Source: an uncultured Anaerolinea sp. (GTDB taxonomy: Bacteria > Chloroflexota > Anaerolineae > Anaerolineales > Villigracilaceae). Taken from it: 64,000 nt of DNA. The stretch lies in the NCBI GenBank assembly GCA_964388215.1, contig CAYLZI010000001.1:6980-70979 (forward strand). Direction: 5' to 3'. The position numbers were made by a program, and so were the translations under genes. Below are positions 33,870 through 43,351 of this stretch, piece after piece. Each line of letters starts with the position of its first letter. The first letter of the stretch is position 1. The notes beneath the pieces were generated by a model, which worked only from the letters and a program-made list of their open reading frames with translations, made no database searches and was not told where the DNA came from.

Positions 33870-35231
33870 TTATGAGAGATAGGATTTCAGGTTGACCATT
33901 GGATATGTGACGCGCTCGCCATACGGGCGGCGCTCTGGCTTATACGTCGCGTCTATGCCCATTTTGTTCTGTACGCCGCGCATATCGGCGGTCGGGTCCA
34001 TTTCGTGGCCCTGCGCGCCGGGGACGAGGAAGGTGTCCTTGCCCCAATCCACGCGATTGGTCAGCGCCCACAGCACATCGGCGGGGTCGTAGATATTCAC
34101 ATCGGGGTCAACTATGATGACTTTGGCAATGTTGACGTGCGCGGTGAAAGCCGCCATGGCCGCGTTCTTGGGTTCGCCGGGGTTGGTCTTTGCCAGTTGG
34201 ACAATTGCCAAAAACCCATTGCCATAGGGCGGAATGTGCAGGGCGGTCACGTTGCGGCTGACGTGGCGCACAAAGCGCAGCAGCAGCGGCTCGCGCGGCA
34301 GGACGTTGCCGATGTAGATATGCTCATCCCAGCCGGGGACGATGGTCTGGTAAATCGGGTTATCGCGGAAGCAGATGGCGGTCACTTCAAACGTGGGCGA
34401 TTCCCACAACTCGCCGTAGTAGCCGTGAAATTCGGCCAGCGGCCCTTCGGCGTGACGGATGTGCGGCGGCAGGCAGCCTTCGATGACAATTTCACTGTAG
34501 AACGGCACGCGCACATCCACGGTCACGCCCTTGCAAGTTTTGACCGGTTCGCCGCGCAGCGCCCCGGCAATTGCCAGTTCGTCATCGTCATAACGCGCCC
34601 CGGCAGCAATCATAATGGCCGGGTCGAGGCCAATGGCAATGGCAATTTGGAGCGACTCATCTTTGGCCTGGTGATGTTTGTAAAACTGCATGACATGCCG
34701 CCACTCGTTGACATTGAACCCAAAGGTATGCGGGCCAAGAATCTGCATTCGGTTGTAAGAAAGGTTGCCGCGCCCTGAAACCGGGTCGGTACAGACCGTC
34801 ACGCCGCCGGTGATGAAGGGGCCGCCATCGTGTTCACCGTGCGTGGGGATGGGCAGTTGGTACAGGTTGATTTGGTCGCCAGTGATGATGTTCTGCTTCC
34901 AGGCGGAAGTCTCGCCCACCAACTGCGGCTGAATCCCGTTACCGATTTCGAGCGACTTGCCCATTTGGTTAGGAACTTCGCCTGTGGCGCATTGCAGTGC
35001 CAGCGCCGCGCTGGACGGGCTGACCACCGCGTTGGCAAAAACCGGCCAGGGGAGTGTATCCGCCGCGCGGGCGGGCTGCTCAAAAACGACAGGCCCTTGT
35101 CCCTGCCTGGCCAGGGTCGCGGCGACGTTGGCGAGTTCGTGTTCCAGGTGAACCGGCTTGCGGATGCGGGTCATCTGGCGGGCTTCTTCCAAAACTTCGA
35201 TGTAACTTCTCAGGTCATAAATACGGTTCAT
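33870..35231 (-). CDS. UbiD family (prFMN-dependent) decarboxylase
   Basis: 453 aa. Family-typical N-terminus [22 protein letters not shown], plus [15 protein letters not shown] and AIAIGLDP blocks. Confidence 0.8.
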   Translation of the reverse strand: MNRIYDLRSYIEVLEEARQMTRIRKPVHLEHELANVAATLARQGQGPVVFEQPARAADTLPWPVFANAVVSPSSAALALQCATGEVPNQMGKSLEIGNGIQPQLVGETSAWKQNIITGDQINLYQLPIPTHGEHDGGPFITGGVTVCTDPVSGRGNLSYNRMQILGPHTFGFNVNEWRHVMQFYKHHQAKDESLQIAIAIGLDPAIMIAAGARYDDDELAIAGALRGEPVKTCKGVTVDVRVPFYSEIVIEGCLPPHIRHAEGPLAEFHGYYGELWESPTFEVTAICFRDNPIYQTIVPGWDEHIYIGNVLPREPLLLRFVRHVSRNVTALHIPPYGNGFLAIVQLAKTNPGEPKNAAMAAFTAHVNIAKVIIVDPDVNIYDPADVLWALTNRVDWGKDTFLVPGAQGHEMDPTADMRGVQNKMGIDATYKPERRPYGERVTYPMVNLKSYLS

Positions 35232-35295
35232 GGTTGCCTCGCTAAATTGCTAAACTCCAAAGTCTCCCGACTTTGGAACATCAACAAACTCCGCA

Positions 35296-36471
35296 TTATC
35301 GAATCGGATAACCACCCACTTCACGGGCGGTTTCGAGCATGGCGAGGTAATATTCCGGCACTACTCCCAGATGGATGGAATTGCTGGACGAAAGCAGGAA
35401 GCCTCCACCGGGCGCGGCGGCGCGGATGACGCGGGCGGTTTCTTCTTTGACCGCTTCCACCGGCCCATTTACCAGCACAGTCGAGCAATCCACGTTGCCA
35501 ATCAGCGTCAGGCGGTCGCCGTATTGCTTTTTGATGGCGGCGATGTCCATCCCGGCGCGAGGTTCGATGGACTGGAAGGCATCCACACCCGAATCAATCA
35601 TCCCTTCGAGCAGGCTGTTGACGTTGCCGTCGGTGTGTTTGACGTACACTCCGCCGTAGCGGTGACACAAGTCAGTAATTTGTTTGAGGCGCGGGAAGAC
35701 GAATTTGCGAAAATGGCGCGGCGAAAAGATGGGCGCGCGCGAAGCCGCCCAATCGTAACCGCCGTGCAGGCCGTCCACGCCGCGCTGGAGCAGGGCTTCG
35801 CCAAGCATGAGGGTGGTTTTTAACTGGACATCCAGGTAGCGTTCGATTAAATTTGGGGCTTGCACCAGGCCGATGAGGAAGGTCTCCGCCCAATCGTAGG
35901 TGGAACCGATATGCACATCCGCCGAACCGAGAATCATGCGCTCGTTTCCAAACTCGGTAAGGACGCGGTCAACGATGGAAAAATCCCAATCTTCGAGGCG
36001 TGGCTCGCTGGCTTCCATGATGGAGGTCACGCGCTCCAGCTCTTCCAGCCCGCCGCGCTTCAAACTGGAATCAATCTGGTCGTAGGTGTCGCTATCGGGG
36101 GCGTAACGGCATAGGCCCCAAACGCCGTTAGAATCCTCGAATCGCCAGGTGACTTCGTCCACCTGTTCGGGAACCAGCGGGTTGGCCGGGAAGGGGTCAC
36201 AGTCAACGAGGGGGAAAACATCCAGGTCGAGCGTCCGCCAAAGTTCGATGTCGTCAGTAGCGAGCTGTTCTCGATATTGCTTGAATTGGCCTGCCATCAG
36301 CGCCTGGTTTTGTTTGACGCCCCGCGAAAGCCCGCCGAAGCCACACAGGGTTTCGCGCCCCAACACATGAGCAGCGGTAGGGTTATCAATCGTCAGTTCA
36401 AAAACCGGGACGCGGTCTGCTTCCTGGTGGGCAAATGCCAGTTTGGCGCGTTCTTTGCCGAAGGCGTTCAT
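35296..36471 (-). CDS. Uroporphyrinogen decarboxylase (URO-D) fold family protein
   Basis: 391 aa. The C-terminal half (VYVKHTDGNV...GVDAFQSIEP...LIGNVDCSTVL...GGGFLLSSSNSI) matches the URO-D/MtaA-type layout. Confidence 0.7.
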   Translation of the reverse strand: MNAFGKERAKLAFAHQEADRVPVFELTIDNPTAAHVLGRETLCGFGGLSRGVKQNQALMAGQFKQYREQLATDDIELWRTLDLDVFPLVDCDPFPANPLVPEQVDEVTWRFEDSNGVWGLCRYAPDSDTYDQIDSSLKRGGLEELERVTSIMEASEPRLEDWDFSIVDRVLTEFGNERMILGSADVHIGSTYDWAETFLIGLVQAPNLIERYLDVQLKTTLMLGEALLQRGVDGLHGGYDWAASRAPIFSPRHFRKFVFPRLKQITDLCHRYGGVYVKHTDGNVNSLLEGMIDSGVDAFQSIEPRAGMDIAAIKKQYGDRLTLIGNVDCSTVLVNGPVEAVKEETARVIRAAAPGGGFLLSSSNSIHLGVVPEYYLAMLETAREVGGYPIR

Positions 36472-37757
36472 AAGTCCAATCCTGCCTTTTTTCGTAAAAT
36501 TTTTATTGCGCTTTGCGCTTCCTTGAGAATGGCTGCTTCATCGAGCATGATGAGTTTGCCCTCTTGCATGAGCCAGTCGCCGCCCACCATCAGGGCTTGC
36601 GCGTCGCTGGCGCGGGCGCATAAAGCCAGGGTCGAGTCAAGGTCATGCGCGGGGGCCGACCAGACCGAATCGAGGTTGACCAGGCACAGGTCGGCGGGCT
36701 GGCCGACGGTCAATCCGCTGCTTGTCGTTGCCATTTCCAAAGCCTGGCGCGGAGCAATGGCAGCGGCGTCCAAACTGGAAGCGCGCGCCAGCATGAGCGC
36801 CGTTTTCATGTTCTCGAAGCAATCCTGCGTGTCGTTGGAGGCCGGGCCGTCGGTGCCTAGCCGCAGGTTGATTCCTTTTCTGAGCATGGTCTTGACAGGC
36901 GCAATGCCCGAACCAAGCACCGCGTTGCTGACCGGGCAATGCACCACCGGCGCGCCGCGTTCGGTCAGTAAATCCATTTCGGCCTCCTCCACCCAGACAG
37001 CGTGGACGATTTGACAGCAAGGGTCGAGAATGCCCAGGCTTTCGAGCCAGGCCACCGGGCGCAGGCCGGTTTCCTTAAGGGTCATTTCCACTTCGTCAGC
37101 AGTTTCCGAGACGTGGACGTGGGTAAACGAGTCGAATTGGCGGGCGAGGGCGTGGGTCTTGACAAGGGTTTCCGCCGAGGCGCGCCAGGGAGTCAGCGGG
37201 CCGCTGGCAAACTTGACGAGTTCGGTTTCCTGCCCGAAGAAATATTCGAGTTCTTCCAGAATGGCTTGGGGCGCTTCGGCCCCGTTGCCCCGGTCTGACC
37301 AGGCGCGGGCAATGGTGACGCGCAGACCCGATTTTTTCGCGGCGCGGATAACGGCTTCGGTAAACCCTGGCGCGCGGGTGATTTTCTGGTGATCAACCAC
37401 CGTTCCGGCCCCGCTGCGAATGTTTTCGGCCAACCCAATCAGGGCGGCCAGTTCCAAAACTTCCTCCGACATAGCGTCTTGCAGCGGCCAGATGAGTTCC
37501 TTCAGCCAGCGCAAAAGCGGACGCCCGCCAGCCAACCCGCGCATGAAGGTTTGCGAAAGGTGGGTATGCCCATTGACCAGGGCGGGGAGGGCGGCCATGC
37601 CGCGAGCGTCAAAGCAGCGGCGGGGCCAAGTGTCCGCCCCAGCCGGCGGCGGAATTTCTCCAATCGCGGCGATGCGCCCATCTTGAATCAGGAGGTCGCC
37701 GGTTTGCCAGCCGCCGGGGACGAGGATGTGGGCGTTTGTGATTAATGTGTCAGGCAC
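36468..37757 (-). CDS. Amidohydrolase, TRZ/ATZ / nucleobase-deaminase type
   Basis: Motifs LVNGHTHLSQTFMRG (HxH), HVHVSET, VHAVW and LGTDGPASN. Confidence 0.85.
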   Translation of the reverse strand: MPDTLITNAHILVPGGWQTGDLLIQDGRIAAIGEIPPPAGADTWPRRCFDARGMAALPALVNGHTHLSQTFMRGLAGGRPLLRWLKELIWPLQDAMSEEVLELAALIGLAENIRSGAGTVVDHQKITRAPGFTEAVIRAAKKSGLRVTIARAWSDRGNGAEAPQAILEELEYFFGQETELVKFASGPLTPWRASAETLVKTHALARQFDSFTHVHVSETADEVEMTLKETGLRPVAWLESLGILDPCCQIVHAVWVEEAEMDLLTERGAPVVHCPVSNAVLGSGIAPVKTMLRKGINLRLGTDGPASNDTQDCFENMKTALMLARASSLDAAAIAPRQALEMATTSSGLTVGQPADLCLVNLDSVWSAPAHDLDSTLALCARASDAQALMVGGDWLMQEGKLIMLDEAAILKEAQSAIKILRKKAGLDL

Positions 37758-38892
37758 GAGTCAACTCATCGAAGGCGCGTTCGGCTTCTTCCTGGGTCAT
37801 GTCGTCAGTGATTTCAAAAGCAAAGCCTTTGCCGCCAAGTTCGTTGATGATTTTTCGCGCGCCGCTGAGACTGGTATAGACCTGGCACAATTTCCCGCCC
37901 TCGCGGATGCGCCGGAGCAGGTCGAGCCATTCCTCGGCAGGAGGCGCTCCGGCACCGGCAATCCATTGGATGCCGCGCAGTTTTTCGAGCGACAGAAGTT
38001 GGTCGAGGTGGCGAATCTGACCCTTGCCATCCAGATGATAGAAGGGATAGGCAATCTCGTCACAACATTCTTGCAAATCTGGCATAACAAAGCGTTTGAA
38101 CATGGCGGGCGAAATCATGTAGGCAAAGTCGCTTTGCAGCATGTACATTCCCCGCTGGAAATCGCGGGATAAGGGCTGAGGCGCCCACAGGCAAGACCAA
38201 CCGCTGCTGCCCATACCGGCCTGGTCGAGCAGGCGGTGCTGGATTTTGTAACATTCCAGCCAGGCGCGCCGAATCTGACCACATAAGCGTTCCACTTCGG
38301 CGGGTTGGTCGAGCATTTCCACCGCCAGCCGCTGCGCCCCAACCAACGAGGCCAAAACGTCGAGGTTGCCGCCGAGGTCGGTGATGCCGTAGGTGAGTTG
38401 ATTGCCCCAGCGTTCGATTCCGGATTCAGTCAGGGTGTAGATGCGCCGCCAGAGCGGGTGTTCCAGGTTCAGGGTCAGGTCAATCTCTTTGAGCGGAATC
38501 TTCTCCCAGGATACGCCGTCTGCATTGGTTGAAGGAGAGAACCAGGTGCTGCCATCCACAAATTCGTATTCCGAGCCGAGCAAGGCGGCCAACACGCCGG
38601 GGCCAATGTTGATGTAGAACTTTGGCAGGCCGTCGCCAAGATAATAGGCGGCTTCGATGATGTCCTGGTAGCGGTTCAGCACTTCTTCGACCGGCATACC
38701 GAGCGGATAAAAGCCAGCAAAAGTCCAATTGGGCTTGGAACCGGCGTCGAGCCGGGTTTTGTGCCAGCCAAATTGACGATATCCCTCGCAAACCACCATT
38801 GGCCGTTGGAGCGAGCCATCCCACCAGGCCTGCCAGTTGACGCGGGCTTGCTGCCATTCTTTTTGTCCAAATTCAAGGTTGAGGGGTTTCAT
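37750..38892 (-). CDS. Hypothetical protein, possibly a distant URO-D-fold relative
   Basis: 380 aa. Translationally coupled on both sides (4- and 8-nt overlaps). The C-terminal FYHLDGKGQIRHLDQLL...GIQWIAGAG layout is reminiscent of URO-D family C-termini. No firm motif. Confidence 0.55.
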   Translation of the reverse strand: MKPLNLEFGQKEWQQARVNWQAWWDGSLQRPMVVCEGYRQFGWHKTRLDAGSKPNWTFAGFYPLGMPVEEVLNRYQDIIEAAYYLGDGLPKFYINIGPGVLAALLGSEYEFVDGSTWFSPSTNADGVSWEKIPLKEIDLTLNLEHPLWRRIYTLTESGIERWGNQLTYGITDLGGNLDVLASLVGAQRLAVEMLDQPAEVERLCGQIRRAWLECYKIQHRLLDQAGMGSSGWSCLWAPQPLSRDFQRGMYMLQSDFAYMISPAMFKRFVMPDLQECCDEIAYPFYHLDGKGQIRHLDQLLSLEKLRGIQWIAGAGAPPAEEWLDLLRRIREGGKLCQVYTSLSGARKIINELGGKGFAFEITDDMTQEEAERAFDELTRA

Positions 38893-41690
38893 CGCAGTTT
38901 TTTTCCTATCGCAAGCGGGATGATACGCTGGCGTTTGCCGGTGGCCTGGAAAACAGCGTTGGCAATGGCGGGCGCAATGGCTATCAGGGCCGGTTCGGCC
39001 AGGCCTTTGGCACCAAACGGCCCTTCAGGCTGGATGGTGTCGAGGTAGGTCAGGTCAACTTCGGGCATGTCTAGGGCGGTGGGCATGGTGTACTCGCGCA
39101 GGCTCAGTTTGTCGGGGCAGCCATTGGTGAAGGTGAAATCTTCGGTGACGGCGTAGCCCAAACCCTGGGCGATGCCGCCAAGCATTTGTCCCTTTGCGCC
39201 GCCGGGGAAGATGATTTTGCCTCCGTCATGCGCCGCCCAGACTTTGATGACCTTCAGGTCGCCGGTGCGCGTGTTGACCTCGACTTCGGCCACCTGCGCG
39301 CCATAGCAGTAGGCGTAGTAGGGGACGCCGGTGCCAGTTTTAAAGTCCCAGTGGATTTCGGGCAGCTGCCAATAGCCCTGAGCCGAAAGCGGCAGGCTCA
39401 TCTCATGGGCATGGTCAACGACCTGCTCGAAAGCGGCCTCGTTTTCGCTGGCGCTGATGTAATGCCCCCCCAGGCAGTGAATTTCTTCGGGAGCGCAGCC
39501 GAGCAAATCGGCGGCAGCCAGCAGCAGGGTCTGGCGCAGTTTTTCAGATGTCACTTTGACGGCGTTGCCGCCAACGAAGGTGGCGCGCGAGGCAACCGTA
39601 GGGCCAGATTCGATGGCGGTCTGGGTATCAGGACGCAGCATTTTGATGCGGTCGGGCGTGATTCCAAGCACTTCAGCGGCCACCAGGGTAAAGATGGTGC
39701 GGCTGCCTTGCCCGTAGTCGGTCATACCATGTTGCAGGGTCAGGGTGTAGTCAGATTCGATGCGCAGGGTGGCGTTGGCGTAATCCAGCCCTTCGCCGCC
39801 GAGTCCACTGCCGTGGAAGTAGCAAGCCACCCCCAACCCGCGCCGAATTTCCTGTTCGGCGGGCTGGGCCGCGAATTGGGCGCGTTTCTTATCCCAACCC
39901 GAGCGCTGGCGCACCCATTCGAGGCTGCGAGTCAGGTAGACATCATGTTCGATGGTGTTGCCGGTAAAGGCGCAGTCGCCTTTATGCAGGACGTTTTGCA
40001 GGCGAAAGTCAATTGGGTCGCGCCCCACCTGGGCGGCCAGTTCGTCAATCGCCATTTCGATGGCGGCGCAGGCCTGCGGGTTGCCAAATCCGCGAAATGC
40101 GCCAGAGTAGCCGTTGTTGGTGTAGACGATGTCAGTATCGACGGTGGCGGCTTCGTAACGGTAGCATCCGGCAGCGTGCATGGTAGCGCGCCAGGCTGAA
40201 AGGGTAGACATCGAAGCAAATGCCCCGCTATCAGAGAGCAGGTCGGCGTGGGCGGCGCGCAGGCGTCCATCAGAATCGGCGCCCAGACGCAGGCGAATTT
40301 CCATCCACTCACGCTTGTAGGAGGCCGCCATAGATTCGCTGCGGTCGAGCACCAGCCGCACTGGACGCCCAGAAAGCAGCGCCAGCTTACCGACCTGGGC
40401 CGAAATCTGGTAGCCGATGTCGTCCTTGCCGCCGAAAGAACCGCCCACCGGTGGCTGGATGATGCGGACTTTGTCCTGCGGGAGGCCGAGCAGGGAGGCA
40501 GCGTTGTTGCGGTTAACAAAGGGGCTTTGGTCGTTGGCGTAAATGGTGATACTGCCATCCACGCCGGGGACAGCCAGCGCGGCTTCGGTCTCGACGTAGG
40601 CGTGTTCCTGGTGTTGGAAGGTGTAGGTCTGGTCGAGTTTTTGGGGACATTCGGCCAGGATGGGCTGCGGGTCGCCGTTGCGGACGATGTGGCGTTCACA
40701 CAGGTTGCTGCCCTGCCCTGAATTTTCGGGGATGACGACCCCAGCGGAAAGCGCCGTATGCGGGTCGCTGACGACTGGCAGGGGTTCAAGCTCAAGTTGA
40801 ATGGCGCGGACGCCCTCCAGCGCGGCGGCTTCGCTTTCGGCGGCGACAACGGCAACCGCCTCGCCGACATGGCGCGTTTTCTCGTGCGCCACCACAAAAG
40901 CGTCGCGCACCGGCCACCCAAACAGGCCGTTATTGACAAAATCGGCGCTGGTGATGACGGCCTTGACGCCGGGAATCGCGCGCGCCGGGGCCACATCCAG
41001 CCTTTTGATGCGGGCATGAGGCAACGGGCTGCGCAGGGTTTTGGCGTATAACATGCCGGGGAATTTCATGTCGCCGATGTATTTTGCCTTGCCGAGCACT
41101 TTTTCGTAGCCATCGGCTGCCGGGGCTTTGGGGTTGCCGATATAGCGGTAGGTGCTTTCTGCGGGTGGGGAATCAGGGTGGACACGCAGGTCCACCCCTA
41201 CGCTGCGGCTGTGGGCGACTTCTTCAAGGGCGTCCACAATCTGCTGGTAGCCGGTACAGCGGCACAGGACGGGATGGATGGCTACCTTGATGTCGTCGCG
41301 GGCCGGGGCCGGGTTGTGGCGCAGCAGGGCTTCACCCGCCAGCACCATAGCCGGGATGCAGAACCCGCACTGGGTGGTGCCGTGACGCAGGAAAGCCTGC
41401 TGGATGTCGCCGGGGCCGCCGTTCGGGGCGTGAACGCCTTCGATGGTGGTGACAGATTTCCCAGCCACGTTAACGGCTTTGGTCTGGCAAGACTTAATCA
41501 GTTGGTCGTCCACGATGACCGAACACGCGCCACAATCGCCACACTCGCAGCCGATTTTCGTGCCGGTTAACCCGAGTTGGTTGCGCAGCAGGTTTGCCAG
41601 GCTGGTTTCCGAATCGACCTGGCAGGTGACGGATTCCCCGTTAAGGGTGAAAGTTAACTGTTGCATGGTTGTCGAGCCTTGTCGAGACAT
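38889..41690 (-). CDS. XdhD/MOP-like molybdenum hydroxylase: fused 2x[2Fe-2S] and molybdopterin subunits, no FAD domain
   Basis: 933 aa. N-terminal GCECGDCGACSV and CRCTGYQQIV, then xanthine dehydrogenase-family Moco domains (GGSFGGKDD, GFGNPQ). No CoxM/XdhB-type FAD subunit in the window. Confidence 0.9.
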   Translation of the reverse strand: MSRQGSTTMQQLTFTLNGESVTCQVDSETSLANLLRNQLGLTGTKIGCECGDCGACSVIVDDQLIKSCQTKAVNVAGKSVTTIEGVHAPNGGPGDIQQAFLRHGTTQCGFCIPAMVLAGEALLRHNPAPARDDIKVAIHPVLCRCTGYQQIVDALEEVAHSRSVGVDLRVHPDSPPAESTYRYIGNPKAPAADGYEKVLGKAKYIGDMKFPGMLYAKTLRSPLPHARIKRLDVAPARAIPGVKAVITSADFVNNGLFGWPVRDAFVVAHEKTRHVGEAVAVVAAESEAAALEGVRAIQLELEPLPVVSDPHTALSAGVVIPENSGQGSNLCERHIVRNGDPQPILAECPQKLDQTYTFQHQEHAYVETEAALAVPGVDGSITIYANDQSPFVNRNNAASLLGLPQDKVRIIQPPVGGSFGGKDDIGYQISAQVGKLALLSGRPVRLVLDRSESMAASYKREWMEIRLRLGADSDGRLRAAHADLLSDSGAFASMSTLSAWRATMHAAGCYRYEAATVDTDIVYTNNGYSGAFRGFGNPQACAAIEMAIDELAAQVGRDPIDFRLQNVLHKGDCAFTGNTIEHDVYLTRSLEWVRQRSGWDKKRAQFAAQPAEQEIRRGLGVACYFHGSGLGGEGLDYANATLRIESDYTLTLQHGMTDYGQGSRTIFTLVAAEVLGITPDRIKMLRPDTQTAIESGPTVASRATFVGGNAVKVTSEKLRQTLLLAAADLLGCAPEEIHCLGGHYISASENEAAFEQVVDHAHEMSLPLSAQGYWQLPEIHWDFKTGTGVPYYAYCYGAQVAEVEVNTRTGDLKVIKVWAAHDGGKIIFPGGAKGQMLGGIAQGLGYAVTEDFTFTNGCPDKLSLREYTMPTALDMPEVDLTYLDTIQPEGPFGAKGLAEPALIAIAPAIANAVFQATGKRQRIIPLAIGKKLR

Positions 41691-41711
41691 TGTGGCTTCC
41701 TTTCTTTCAAA

Positions 41712-42443
41712 CTACACCAACGCCCTGCCGCCATCCACAAAATAGACCGCGCCGGTGGTGAAGTCATTTTCAATCAGAAAAACGGTCAGTTGGGCCACAT
41801 CTTGCGGCGAGCCGACCCGTTTGACCAGCGAGTTATCCACCGCCCAGGCCACTTTCTCCGGGCTGGGGTTGGGCGGCAGCAGGACAGTTCCGGGCGCAAT
41901 CGCGTTGACGCGCACATGCGGCGCGAGTTCGACGGCCAGCGATTTGGTCAGCGAAACCAGGCCGGCCTTGCTGGCGGCGTGGTGGGCGTATCCACTCCAG
42001 ACCTGGAAGGCCGACAGGTCGGTGATGTTGAGAATAACGCCGCGCTCCTGTTTCAGCATGGCCGGGGCAACGGCCTGGGCGCACAGAAATGGGCCTTTCA
42101 GGTTGACATCCAGTGCCATGTCCCAGTCGGCTTCACTGATTTCGAGAAAGGGCGATTTGAGCCAAACGGAGGCATTATTAATCAGCGCGTCAATTCGGCC
42201 ATATTCGGCCAGGGTTTTGTTCACAAAAGCCTGCACCTGGGCAGAATCGCGCACTTCGACCTGACCGGCCAGGCAGCGCGCGCCCAGGGCTTCGAGTTCG
42301 GCGCGGGTTTCTCGCCAGGGTTCGTCGTCGGCGTAGTAGGTGAAGGCAATATGCGCGCCTTTTTCGGCCAGCGTGAGGGCCACTTCGCGCCCAACGCGAG
42401 TGGCCGCGCCGGTAATCAAGATGACACTGTCTTTGATTTGCAT
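41712..42443 (-). CDS. SDR, FolM/pteridine-reductase-like
   Basis: Start trimmed to ATG 42443 (AGGAG upstream). Motifs ILITGAATRVG, NNASVW, YAHHAASK and FVDGGRAL. Confidence 0.8.
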   Translation of the reverse strand: MQIKDSVILITGAATRVGREVALTLAEKGAHIAFTYYADDEPWRETRAELEALGARCLAGQVEVRDSAQVQAFVNKTLAEYGRIDALINNASVWLKSPFLEISEADWDMALDVNLKGPFLCAQAVAPAMLKQERGVILNITDLSAFQVWSGYAHHAASKAGLVSLTKSLAVELAPHVRVNAIAPGTVLLPPNPSPEKVAWAVDNSLVKRVGSPQDVAQLTVFLIENDFTTGAVYFVDGGRALV

Positions 42444-42513
42444 AATTTCTCTCCTGTTAGAGTCCAACGACTCCTGGCGTTGGTCAAAAGCCAGAGACTT
42501 TTGACTCCCTGAA

Positions 42514-43251
42514 TTACATCGTCACGCCGCCTTCGACGATAATCATCTGCCCGGTGACGAAATCAGAGAGCATAAGAAACTCGAGGGCGCGGCAGATGTC
42601 TTGCGGACTGCCGACTTTTTTCAGCGGAGATTTTTCCGCAATCGCAGCCCATTGTTCGTCTGTGTAATCGGGCGGCTTCAAAACCGCTCCCGGCAGAATG
42701 GCATTAACGCGGATTTTGGGCCCTAGCCGCAACGCGGAAAGGCGGGTAACCGCCCATAATGCCGTTTTAGAGACGCCGTGGTCGGGGTATTGCAAGGTGG
42801 GGCGTTTAACGCTTTCATCAATGATGTTGACAATGGAACCTCCCTCCCCCTCAATCATGTGACGGGCTACCTGTTGAGTAAAGAAGAATGGCCCGCGCGC
42901 ATTGGTGTTCAAAACGTTGTCCCAATCATTGGGGTTGATATCGAAGAAATCACGCTCTTCAAAGTTGGATGCACTGTTGACCAATACATTGACCTTGCCG
43001 AAGCGGGTCAGAATGGCCTCCACGGCAGGTTTAATCTCGTTTGCGTTAGATTGGTCGCAGCGGATGGCAAAGCACTGGCGTCCGAGAGCCTCAATTTCGG
43101 CACGGGTTTCCTCAGCGGGTTTGGCCGAGGAGCGGTAAGTAATGGCAACGCGCATCCCCAGGCGGGCAGCGTGCAAGGCCATGGCTTTGCCCAGGCGAAT
43201 CGCGCCGCCGGTGATGAGGATGACTTTATCTCTTAGATCGGATGGTTCCAC
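42514..43251 (-). CDS. SDR, FolM/pteridine-reductase-like (paralogue)
   Basis: Motifs ILITGGAIRLG, NSASNF, YPDHGVSK and IVEGGVTM. Confidence 0.8.
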   Translation of the reverse strand: MEPSDLRDKVILITGGAIRLGKAMALHAARLGMRVAITYRSSAKPAEETRAEIEALGRQCFAIRCDQSNANEIKPAVEAILTRFGKVNVLVNSASNFEERDFFDINPNDWDNVLNTNARGPFFFTQQVARHMIEGEGGSIVNIIDESVKRPTLQYPDHGVSKTALWAVTRLSALRLGPKIRVNAILPGAVLKPPDYTDEQWAAIAEKSPLKKVGSPQDICRALEFLMLSDFVTGQMIIVEGGVTM

Positions 43252-43351
43252 GGGCTCCTCTTTTCTGAATGGAGTCGAAAGTCTCCAAACGTTCGCGCAA
43301 AATCGGGAGATTCTTGCGCCCGTCTGGGTATTGCACTCCAGCCCAAACTAC

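Noticed and set aside
39186-40199. Long ORFs antisense to real genes (also 318-1235, 24211-25236, 34005-34778, 45646-46623, 46714-47613 and many others)
   Set aside because: These are typical high-GC shadow frames. They are rich in Arg/Gly/Ala/Pro, have no recognisable motifs, and each is fully nested opposite a well-supported gene.
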